Below, piece by piece: positions 22,936 to 31,111 of a stretch of DNA of 64,000 nucleotides; the stretch's first letter is position 1; each line of letters starts with the position of its first letter. The DNA comes from Candidatus Izemoplasma sp. (GTDB taxonomy: Bacteria; Bacillota_I; Bacilli_A; Izemoplasmatales; Izemoplasmataceae), in NCBI GenBank assembly GCA_045046715.1, contig JASFZA010000007.1, positions 14,945-78,944 of the forward strand, in the 5' to 3' direction. The translations under genes and the position numbers were made by a program. The notes under the pieces are model-generated. The model saw only the letters and a list, made by a program, of their open reading frames with translations. It did not search any database and had not been told where the DNA came from.

Positions 22936-24704
22936 ATTTCATGTAATTGTGTTGAGTTAGAGTTCGGGATATATTCTTCACCTGTTTCTTTATCTATTAG
23001 CATCCATTTTCCGGGACATTTAGTTTTTATTACAAATTCTTTAGGTTCGTTAAAGCAAGTCGCGATAGTATTATCTAATAATATTCTACCTGTCCGGTTT
23101 TTATTAGATGAAAACTTTTGTTTCACCAATTCTGCTAAATATAAACCATAATAATATGCTGAATAAGACTTTATAGGATTGTTACTGAAATATCCGGCTA
23201 AACTAATCCAGATAATTGGTAACCATAAATAAGTTTCTTCGTCAAAAAAATTATCTAAATTCATAAAATTATTTAAAAATGGCGGAATATCTAATTCTAA
23301 ATTTCCATCTTCTAAACCTTTGATAGCATATAATGGGTCTTCATTAAAATTATCATATCCGCTGCAACCATATAAGATTTTAGCAAAATCGTATTTTTCT
23401 AAACCATACAATTGATTATGACCAAAATATCCTCTAGGATCTATTAATTTAACGTTATCTTCAAGATCTATAATCATATTACTGAAATTAGGATCCCCGT
23501 GTATGAAAGTATAAACTCCGCACACAGTATTTTGATAATAATCTACTAATCTTTCTGATAGAGCCTTAGAAACATTAAAATAATTCGAATCGATTTTAAT
23601 TCCATTTACCGAATGAATTTCTCCTAAGCTTTCTAATAAAGTTTTTAATCTATGTGTTCGCTGAACTACTTTTTCGTGAGATTCTTTAATAATGTCTCTA
23701 ATGATTGTTTTAGACGGCAATATTCTAGCTTCTGATGAAACATGCAACTTTTTAATAGCGCTAATTGCTTTCAAAACATATTTAAATTTAGATTTTTCTT
23801 TTTGAGCAATAGCAGTTCCTCGAATTCGAGAAAGTTTAATATATTTTTGGGCTACAACAGTATTTCTACTTGGTTTAAAAACTGAAGCAGACTTATATTC
23901 AGCAGTTGGCGTTAATTCATCTGATTTGAGATGATCGTACCAAGACATTTCTATTTTTTGTAATTTATCGCCAGCTTTGTTATTAGAATATTTTCTAACA
24001 TAGTTATCTCCAATTTCTACCCTATTAAAATCTCGACATACTTGTAAAAAAGTAGTAGCATCTTTAAGCTTAGTCATATCGCCAAAATCTAATACTTTAA
24101 ATATAGGCATCGGATTAAAAGATTTAGGATCAAATAAATGTATTAGATCCCCAGTCGGCGGTTTTGATCCTATTTTCCATTTCTTCTTAAGAAATCCTTT
24201 AGGAACATAATAAATTCCTATAACATCTCCATTATCGCTCGGAATAATAGAATCTAAAGATTTAATATACCTAAATCTACATCGATCTCCGTTTAAAGCG
24301 ATTCCTGGCATGCTGTAATCAATATAAAATTTAGTTTTAGGGATTATGTCAGCCCAATTGAAGATGACGTTAGAGTCATATAAGATAGGGTTGTTACTAA
24401 AAGTCCTAAAGATAGCGCCAGCACTTCCGTCAAATTCTGTGTCTGAATAGAAATAGCAATTTGGGATACCAGCGGCCATTAAATATCCTTCAACCATTTT
24501 AAGAAATTCTTCGTTAACTATAACATGAAATTTTCCAACATTAAAATGCTTAGTATAATATTCTATTTGTTGTAATAATGCGGTTTTAGATCCGATATTT
24601 ACTAAGCATTTTGGAAGGTGAGTAGTAATAGGTTCTAATCTGGTAGCTAAACCAGAAGAAACTATTACTACATCTACTTTTTGTTTTTGTTTTTCTTTAT
24701 TCAT
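22920..24704 (-). CDS. bifunctional sugar-1-phosphate nucleotidyltransferase / sugar kinase (APH-choline kinase fold)
   Basis: N-terminus VVIVSSGLATRLEPITTHLPKCLVNIG (GxGxRLxPxT..PK); C-terminus HGDPNFSNMII...VKLIDPRG (Brenner HxDxxxxN plus D). Confidence 0.7.
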   Translation of the reverse strand: MNKEKQKQKVDVVIVSSGLATRLEPITTHLPKCLVNIGSKTALLQQIEYYTKHFNVGKFHVIVNEEFLKMVEGYLMAAGIPNCYFYSDTEFDGSAGAIFRTFSNNPILYDSNVIFNWADIIPKTKFYIDYSMPGIALNGDRCRFRYIKSLDSIIPSDNGDVIGIYYVPKGFLKKKWKIGSKPPTGDLIHLFDPKSFNPMPIFKVLDFGDMTKLKDATTFLQVCRDFNRVEIGDNYVRKYSNNKAGDKLQKIEMSWYDHLKSDELTPTAEYKSASVFKPSRNTVVAQKYIKLSRIRGTAIAQKEKSKFKYVLKAISAIKKLHVSSEARILPSKTIIRDIIKESHEKVVQRTHRLKTLLESLGEIHSVNGIKIDSNYFNVSKALSERLVDYYQNTVCGVYTFIHGDPNFSNMIIDLEDNVKLIDPRGYFGHNQLYGLEKYDFAKILYGCSGYDNFNEDPLYAIKGLEDGNLELDIPPFLNNFMNLDNFFDEETYLWLPIIWISLAGYFSNNPIKSYSAYYYGLYLAELVKQKFSSNKNRTGRILLDNTIATCFNEPKEFVIKTKCPGKWMLIDKETGEEYIPNSNSTQLHEMWDKQ

Positions 24705-25353
24705 TAATCCTCTTTTTTACAATGTCGCTTAAAGTTCCACCTGGATGATACTTCAAAAAATCTTCCTGTGTAAATCCTCTCATATCTGAGAGCGTTACTG
24801 AAATACAGTCTAAGAAACATAAGATAAGGGCCGTTGAAGCCGTAGGAGCCAATAAATTAGCGTCGCCTTCAGTTACTTCTCCTAAACATAAGTTAGGTAT
24901 TATATCATTTTCGAACTCAGGATTACAATGAATTAAGATAGAATTTTCAACTTTGTTTTTTATTAATTCTCGATGAGTAAATATGCCCTGTATTTCGGCT
25001 GTAGTACCAGATTTAGATAATGCTATAACAAAGTCATCTTCCCCTATAAATCCTGCATCACCGTGAAAATAATTAGATGCATTTAGATAAAAAGATGGTA
25101 ATCCTAAACTAACAAAAGTTTCTGAAGCTTTCGCTGCTATGTTTCCATTTTTACCAACTCCTGTAATTACAATTTTATTACCTCTTTCTAAACAATAATG
25201 CAAACTTCTAACTAAATTAAAAAAGGGGGCTTCCCATATAATTTTATGCATGTTAGCAATCGCTTCGATACTTCTTTCAATACATAATTGCGCTTGTGCG
25301 ATACTGAGACTATTTGTCATTAGTTGAGCCCATTTTGCCTTCGCCTCTTTCAC
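24697..25353 (-). CDS. SIS-domain sugar-phosphate isomerase (KdsD-type arabinose-5-phosphate isomerase-like)
   Basis: ITGVGKNGNIAAKASETFVSLGLPSFYLNASNYFHGDAGFIGEDDFVIALSKSGTTAEI parallels KdsD GMGKSGHIG.K.AAT.ASTGTP.FFVHP.EA.HGDLGM....DV..AISNSGE..E. Confidence 0.7.
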   Translation of the reverse strand: MKEAKAKWAQLMTNSLSIAQAQLCIERSIEAIANMHKIIWEAPFFNLVRSLHYCLERGNKIVITGVGKNGNIAAKASETFVSLGLPSFYLNASNYFHGDAGFIGEDDFVIALSKSGTTAEIQGIFTHRELIKNKVENSILIHCNPEFENDIIPNLCLGEVTEGDANLLAPTASTALILCFLDCISVTLSDMRGFTQEDFLKYHPGGTLSDIVKKRINE

Positions 25354-25765
25354 TAACTAAAGGCACTTGTTTATACAAATCTTCTTCTAAAACGCATAGC
25401 AAAGAAGGAGTCATTACAGGAATTTGAATTAGTTGTCCTAATTTCATTCCATTGGTTAAGTAGCGTGTTTCGCTGCCAATATTGTGAATATCTAAATGGA
25501 CTTCGCCTGAATACCCATGATCAATTAAGCATGCACCTATAATTAGAGATTTTTTGGCTGCAACGCCAGATTTATTTACAAACATTAAAGCATATCCAAA
25601 CGGTACTTCAAATTTTAAGCCTGTTGGGATTACGATATTTTGCGAAGGTAAAATTCTTTTACCTGTAGCATTAAAATTGTTAGGAATGAAGACGTCTATC
25701 GCGTCGCCGGCATTGGCTCTTATTGGATCTTTGACATCACGCGTTTTAGCGTATTTAATATACAT
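25310..25765 (-). CDS. dut: dUTPase-family nucleotide pyrophosphatase
   Basis: Trimeric dUTPase motifs: AGDAIDV, IDHGYSGEV, GMKLGQLI, ERGEGKMGST. Confidence 0.8.
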   Translation of the reverse strand: MYIKYAKTRDVKDPIRANAGDAIDVFIPNNFNATGKRILPSQNIVIPTGLKFEVPFGYALMFVNKSGVAAKKSLIIGACLIDHGYSGEVHLDIHNIGSETRYLTNGMKLGQLIQIPVMTPSLLCVLEEDLYKQVPLVSERGEGKMGSTNDK

Positions 25766-26104
25766 TTATACTTTTTCCTCTATTGTGTAATCGATTAAAC
25801 AGTCGTATCTGAAAGATCTAAAAGCTTTAGCTTCTAAATCCATTACTACTTGAACTTCTAAATTTTCTTTTTTATCCGAATCTTTCTTTTCTGGTAAATG
25901 CTCCGGAATCAAAGTACATTTCATGCACCTAATTTTAGAACTATTAGCTTTTTTAAAACTAATTAACATTATATTAGAGGCTAAAAGCGGTTTGAGTTCT
26001 TTTCTCATTCTTTCTGCGTCATTTGGCGAATTTAGATCTTCTTTAGTAGTTTGATACCAAAATTCACAAAATTCGTAATAGTTATTCCAATTTCTTTCTG
26101 TCAT
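25766..26104 (-). CDS. hypothetical protein (112 aa)
   Basis: ORF abutting neighbours. Confidence 0.55.
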   Translation of the reverse strand: MTERNWNNYYEFCEFWYQTTKEDLNSPNDAERMRKELKPLLASNIMLISFKKANSSKIRCMKCTLIPEHLPEKKDSDKKENLEVQVVMDLEAKAFRSFRYDCLIDYTIEEKV

Positions 26105-26727
26105 TAAATTTCCTCGTAAAATAAGTGATCACCAACTTGTTTGATGTATCTGGTTTTAGACCAATCCCAATCGGGTTTGACATAGTATGCATGATATAAA
26201 GTAGCTCCAATTAAATCCGGGTCGCGATTAAAATCACCGATGATCATGGCTTGAGCTACTTCACGAGATTTGTTCCAAGCAATTAGCTCGACCTTATTTG
26301 TGGGTTTTGTATCAGGTTTACCGTCTGTGAACCATGAAAATTGGCCTACCCATCTACCTTTATGCCATTTCTTTTGTTTAACAACTCCACAAATATTATT
26401 AGGGTATTTTGGCTTTTCTTGCCTTTCTCTAACTATTTGAGCAATTGCTAATTTACTTTGATAGTCTTGATTGCCTCCTTCAAAATATAAATTTTGAGTC
26501 ATACAAGTTAAGGTTTCTAAAGTTTGAGTCCTCATTTGTTCTTGTTCGACGGCTTTAGATAATTCTATTGTAAACTGAGAGAAAGCTTCTAAAATTTTAT
26601 TGGATCTTGTGGTAAATTGACCGATATTGGATAATTGAGATTTAATTTCTTGATTATCCATATAATTAACAATAGAAATTCCTACTAATATTGATAAGAT
26701 TATTGCAAGTACACCTTTATTGAACAT
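26104..26727 (-). CDS. SleB-family cell wall hydrolase with N-terminal membrane anchor
   Basis: N-terminal TM (VLAIILSILVGISIV); C-terminal ...AIAQIVRER...ICGVVKQKKW...GQFSWFTDGKP...ATLYHAYYVKPDW. Confidence 0.7.
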   Translation of the reverse strand: MFNKGVLAIILSILVGISIVNYMDNQEIKSQLSNIGQFTTRSNKILEAFSQFTIELSKAVEQEQMRTQTLETLTCMTQNLYFEGGNQDYQSKLAIAQIVRERQEKPKYPNNICGVVKQKKWHKGRWVGQFSWFTDGKPDTKPTNKVELIAWNKSREVAQAMIIGDFNRDPDLIGATLYHAYYVKPDWDWSKTRYIKQVGDHLFYEEI

Positions 26728-26728
26728 T

Positions 26729-27550
26729 TTACACCTCTAAATTAAGTTTAGTTTGTTTTTGTGCTACTAATTCTGAAAATCTTTTAATCATTTTCTTAGA
26801 TAATGCAGAATCTGTGTCACAACTTAAAAGCATCTTATCATACTCTTGTTCTAAATTGTAACATTTTATGAAAGTAATAAAAAATTCGAGTATTTTTTGA
26901 ACTCTGGCATAATCTTTCCTTCCTTGGACAAATTTTCTACATTGAGTAATATTTCGATTGATAGTAGTTTGCAAGTTAGAATAATTATCTCCTTTAAATG
27001 TGTATAGCTCTGTTGGAACTAAAAATTTTCTAAGATTTGCTAATGCCTCTAATCTTTCTTTTCTAAAATGATTTAATCTTTTATATAAAACATCATAGTA
27101 TTTGTGAGTTGGGGGAGGAGTCAAAGCTTTAAACATTGATTGATTATTATTTTTAATACATTGCCTAATATAAGTACCTGACGTAAATCTTTCAGTTTTA
27201 ATTAAGGAAACAGGTTTGGGTAGATCGTATTTTTCGATATTAGTTTGATAGCTATAGTACCGATCTTCTCCAGCATATAAATTTCGATAATTGTATCCAT
27301 CATTATCGATATTGGTTAAGATATCGTTTAAAAAACCGGTAGAGCTTGGAATAATTTTAGCATTGGGAATATTAGAAGCGATTTCTCTTAATAATTCAAT
27401 ACGTTCCTCAATCTTTAAAGGATTTTTAGTCATTGTATCTTTGGTTGTATAAACAATCACAATGATCGGGTTCTTCATTGTTTCAAAGACTTTCAAATGG
27501 CCTAAATGGGGAGGATTAAACCTCCCAATTATTACATCTTGTTCTAACAT
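26729..27550 (-). CDS. HxGH nucleotidyltransferase (NMN adenylyltransferase / cytidylyltransferase-like) with uncharacterised C-terminal half
   Basis: VIIGRFNPPHLGHLKVFE signature at the N-terminus. Confidence 0.6.
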   Translation of the reverse strand: MLEQDVIIGRFNPPHLGHLKVFETMKNPIIVIVYTTKDTMTKNPLKIEERIELLREIASNIPNAKIIPSSTGFLNDILTNIDNDGYNYRNLYAGEDRYYSYQTNIEKYDLPKPVSLIKTERFTSGTYIRQCIKNNNQSMFKALTPPPTHKYYDVLYKRLNHFRKERLEALANLRKFLVPTELYTFKGDNYSNLQTTINRNITQCRKFVQGRKDYARVQKILEFFITFIKCYNLEQEYDKMLLSCDTDSALSKKMIKRFSELVAQKQTKLNLEV

Positions 27551-28662
27551 GGTTCGCCCATTTTGATGATAGAATTAATTAATTGTTTACGATCTGCTGT
27601 AATAATTTTAGAGCATCTTTTCTTAAGCTTCTTAAAATTAAATAATACAATTCTAAATACATCTTCTAAACCTGGCTCAGATTGAACCATTACTTCAAAA
27701 TATTCTTCTAGTTTTTTATAGTTGAGACGAGTAGGGCGCTTTGTAAAGTCAACTCTATTCTCTTGAATGTAATCATTGACACTATCTTTAATACCAGCGT
27801 AGACTAAACAGGATACGACAGAAACAAAGGAAATATAATCATCTTTGTGTAATATTTTTTTAGTTTTAATTAAAGACGAGTTTTTATCAATTTCGTCAAA
27901 AACTAAATCAATCATGGTATCGGAATATTTACTATAAGAACTTAATTGGAATTCTTCTTTCTTTTCTTTATGAAAAGTATTAAAAACAGGGTTTTGAATT
28001 TTATATGATTGGTTAGAAACCGTATCATGGATTACAAAACCTTCATTAGGAACAATTTTACCAGCGGTTAAAACTAAATCGAATAAAATGCGAAAGTAAT
28101 CTAAAGAAAATTCATCCATCTCTGCATATTTAGTACTTAATACTGTTTCTAAAGCAGATAGATCAATATCCTTAGCCAGTTTAATATTCGGCTGAGAGTC
28201 AACTTCTAAAATATTAGCAATTGTACTAGAATCACTTAAATATTGTCCATTACTAATTGCTAAAGACAATATAATACCACTTGTACCTTCTTCATCCATA
28301 AAATCCGTATAATCAATAATACTCGGCTGGTATTTAGATTTAGAAAATTGTAAAGTTTCATCTAAAACTTTCGGAAAGATTTCTAAATGGATTTCCGTTC
28401 GATTCGGGATTAAATCTAATCTTTTAGAATTTAAAAATTCTATAGCGCCTTCATAGATCCCGACTCCGATTCTTTTAACATTATCTAATGGAACTTTAGC
28501 TCTAGAATAATAATTAATTTGTCCATTTTCATCTTTTTCTAATATTAAGCAAACCGCATCAATTTTTACATTGCACATAATTTGCCCAAGTTTGCTTCTT
28601 CTACCAAACATAGATTCTAATAAACCTAGATCTTTGAGCATTGCTGATTGCAAAGTTTTCAT
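27544..28662 (-). CDS. ligase-like covalent nucleotidyltransferase (possible RNA ligase)
   Basis: Candidate motifs I NVKIDAV (K33), III IHLEIF (E94), IV NEGFVIHD (E207), V YKIQN (K221); spacing resembles T4 Rnl2 (K35, E99, E204, K225/K227). Confidence 0.45.
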   Translation of the reverse strand: MKTLQSAMLKDLGLLESMFGRRSKLGQIMCNVKIDAVCLILEKDENGQINYYSRAKVPLDNVKRIGVGIYEGAIEFLNSKRLDLIPNRTEIHLEIFPKVLDETLQFSKSKYQPSIIDYTDFMDEEGTSGIILSLAISNGQYLSDSSTIANILEVDSQPNIKLAKDIDLSALETVLSTKYAEMDEFSLDYFRILFDLVLTAGKIVPNEGFVIHDTVSNQSYKIQNPVFNTFHKEKKEEFQLSSYSKYSDTMIDLVFDEIDKNSSLIKTKKILHKDDYISFVSVVSCLVYAGIKDSVNDYIQENRVDFTKRPTRLNYKKLEEYFEVMVQSEPGLEDVFRIVLFNFKKLKKRCSKIITADRKQLINSIIKMGEPC

Positions 28663-29540
28663 TTTTTTTCTCCGTATTCGCTAGGACTTTTGTATTCGCT
28701 AGGAAGATCGTAATTGTTTTTAGTTAAATAAACGATATGTTTATCTTTGATTTTTTGAACTATTTCATAATCGACGTTTCTAATTAAAAATTCCCACACC
28801 GATTCGAAGCTTCTAAAATTTCTGGCTTCTAATGAATAGTTGCCTAGTAATAGTTGGATAATTGTATCAGGATCTTTACTAATAAATTGTCTATGCATTT
28901 CTTTAGGATTTTTTAATACTGGGCCTAATTCATCAACTTTAGCTCTATATCCTCTAGTCCTAGATTTAATATAATGCAATCCACTAGAATAATTAAATAG
29001 GAATCTTTGTTCTGAATTAACGGTAGATTTATAATTCACAAAGTGTGAACAAGCCGAGAGTAAAGAATTTCGATATAAATTTTTGTAATTAGAGTTTTGG
29101 TTTCTATGATCTCCATACATCCATAATGAAAATTTAACATCCATAGTGCATATTAGATCGATTTGGTATTTTTTACCATCTATATAATATGCTAATGATA
29201 TGATTTGGGCGCTATGATTAAAATAATATTCTAGGGAAGGATTTACAGATAACAAATACTTAAATAAAATTTCTCTAGGGCTATTACCCGGAATTGTGGT
29301 TAAACTATCCCATAAATAACAAGTTGTATCGAAAATCAAATCTATATCGCCAATAGTTTCGTCTTCTTTAACTGGGTTAGTTGTTAATAATTGTTGGCTA
29401 CGGATTATTGCGCTTGCGGTAGAGCCGGTAGCTGTTAATTTGTTTTTATTAATGTTGTAGAAATTACAAAAACTTTCTATAATTGGAATCACGTTGTTGA
29501 CTAAGACGCGATCAGATTTTTTGATAGCTTGTCCACCCAT
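28659..29540 (-). CDS. pol-beta superfamily nucleotidyltransferase
   Basis: G-S...[D]x[D] signature: ATGSTASAIIRS ... TIGDIDLIFD. Confidence 0.5.
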   Translation of the reverse strand: MGGQAIKKSDRVLVNNVIPIIESFCNFYNINKNKLTATGSTASAIIRSQQLLTTNPVKEDETIGDIDLIFDTTCYLWDSLTTIPGNSPREILFKYLLSVNPSLEYYFNHSAQIISLAYYIDGKKYQIDLICTMDVKFSLWMYGDHRNQNSNYKNLYRNSLLSACSHFVNYKSTVNSEQRFLFNYSSGLHYIKSRTRGYRAKVDELGPVLKNPKEMHRQFISKDPDTIIQLLLGNYSLEARNFRSFESVWEFLIRNVDYEIVQKIKDKHIVYLTKNNYDLPSEYKSPSEYGEKK

Positions 29541-29602
29541 AATATATTCTCTAAAATTAAAAGAAATATTATACCATAGGTGGCGACTATTTGTAAATGT
29601 TT

Positions 29603-29770
29603 TTATTCGGAATTTTCTAATTCTTCTAAATATTCATCGAGTTCATCATCTAAATTATAAATCAGTTCTAGAGTTTCTTCCATCAGCTCCCACCACTGAT
29701 TATCTATTTTGGTATATTCTGTTCCTTTATACTCAATAGTGAGCGCGTCGTGTCGTTTAATCTCAGGCAT
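29603..29770 (-). CDS. small acidic protein (55 aa)
   Basis: Track ORF trimmed to ATG 29770 (MPEIKRH...), 8-nt overlap with the upstream stop. Confidence 0.45.
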   Translation of the reverse strand: MPEIKRHDALTIEYKGTEYTKIDNQWWELMEETLELIYNLDDELDEYLEELENSE

Positions 29771-30089
29771 AACTTTGAAACACCTTTTGACATAAATCTT
29801 TTTCAGATAAATGCATACCAAAATCTTTACGTACTTTAAAATATTTAAGATCTGGACGATTCAATTTATTTAAAAGCTTAACACACAAGTTTTGGTGTAG
29901 GTTAGCATTCTGCTCCCACCATTCATCAAATGTGCTAAATAAAGAAGATTTATCTAATTTAGCCGGCACTACTTCAGGAGATACCTTTTTCTTAGTAGCT
30001 TTCTTTTTCGTAACTTTCTTTTTCGTAACTTTTTTAGGAGTAGGTTTTGTGCCTACTTCTACTTTTTCTGATTCAATTTCATCAATCAT
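29763..30089 (-). CDS. lysine-rich repeat protein (108 aa)
   Basis: PKKVTKKKVTKKKATKKKV basic repeats near the N-terminus. Confidence 0.55.
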   Translation of the reverse strand: MIDEIESEKVEVGTKPTPKKVTKKKVTKKKATKKKVSPEVVPAKLDKSSLFSTFDEWWEQNANLHQNLCVKLLNKLNRPDLKYFKVRKDFGMHLSEKDLCQKVFQSYA

Positions 30090-30660
30090 TGTTTAATTCC
30101 TCGTGTGCATATTTACATATGAAGTAAGCATCAGCTAAATCATCGATTGGTGATGAAGCCGCTTTCTTGTTAAAAGTTGTGTATAAATCTATACCTGTTT
30201 CTTTGATAAATTTGTCAATCATAGCTAGTTTATCTGATCTACCATCGCCTGATGCAAATTTCTTAATTCTTGTCGGAGGAACTTCAACACACGTGGCTAT
30301 TCTATCTAAGAATGCCCTTAATATGCCTCCATTTTCTCCTATCTGGACTACTCGATTTCCTTTTTGTTTTGATATCCCAAATGCGTATCCTTCGATGTAA
30401 GCATCTGTAACGTTTGCCTTATTAAGAAAATTTTCTACTTGAGAACCTAATTCAATAAATCTTTTGATTCTATCTTCAGCTTCCCAAATAGATTTTTTAG
30501 CAATATAAAAAACATTGCCAATTACTTTAACGTCAGCGTGTTTTTTTAAACTAGAAAAGAATAGAAATTTACATTTCCTACTATTCCATTCTATATCTTT
30601 AGGATGAATGCAAACAGCCGGAGAAGTCATAGAATAATCTATACCGGCAACATAATTCAT
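30082..30660 (-). CDS. RuvC-like Holliday junction resolvase
   Basis: AGIDYSMTSPAVC (catalytic D), AYIEGYAFG (E), DDLADAYFICKY (D/D). Confidence 0.65.
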   Translation of the reverse strand: MNYVAGIDYSMTSPAVCIHPKDIEWNSRKCKFLFFSSLKKHADVKVIGNVFYIAKKSIWEAEDRIKRFIELGSQVENFLNKANVTDAYIEGYAFGISKQKGNRVVQIGENGGILRAFLDRIATCVEVPPTRIKKFASGDGRSDKLAMIDKFIKETGIDLYTTFNKKAASSPIDDLADAYFICKYAHEELNND

Positions 30661-30902
30661 TCTGAACTATCTTCCATTAATAGCTCTTCGTCACCTACTA
30701 CACCTTCAGATTCAACTTCTGGTAGATCTTCTCCAAAAGCCACTCCAGTAGTATCTTTATAATCTTTTCTTAAAGCTCGAACCGTACTTTTACGCACTTT
30801 AAGTTTATGGGCGGCTTTTTCGCCGTGTTGTTCGATTTGTTTTTCGATTTTATTGATTTGTAGGGCTAAATGGCCTACATGTTCTTTGTTATCTTTGTTC
30901 AT
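30657..30902 (-). CDS. hypothetical protein (81 aa)
   Basis: ORF with 4-nt overlaps. Confidence 0.5.
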   Translation of the reverse strand: MNKDNKEHVGHLALQINKIEKQIEQHGEKAAHKLKVRKSTVRALRKDYKDTTGVAFGEDLPEVESEGVVGDEELLMEDSSE

Positions 30903-31111
30903 GATTTTACCTTTAATTTAAATTTTTTCTTTAATACTGTATAAGAATTATATTCAACTACTAATTCATTGTAATGGGTTTTCATTTTAAGAATCTTACC
31001 TTCTGCTAAATCTTTCCAACTTAATTTTGATTTAATAATTTTAAGTGTAGTTTCAATTTCTTCTATTCTTTGTTTATTTTTCATATTTATTACCCTTGGC
31101 ATGCTAGGCAA
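30899..31111 (-). CDS. hypothetical protein (70 aa)
   Basis: ORF downstream of nrdA. Confidence 0.45.
   Translation of the reverse strand: MPSMPRVINMKNKQRIEEIETTLKIIKSKLSWKDLAEGKILKMKTHYNELVVEYNSYTVLKKKFKLKVKS

Noticed and set aside
22600-25353. CMP-Kdo pathway (KdsD isomerase, KdsC-type HAD phosphatase, KdsB-type NTase)
   Set aside because: No KdsA-like Kdo-8-P synthase is present. The NTase is of the RmlA/GlmU type and is fused to a kinase, which the Kdo route does not need. A pentose salvage-type route fits all four activities better, but this remains inference.
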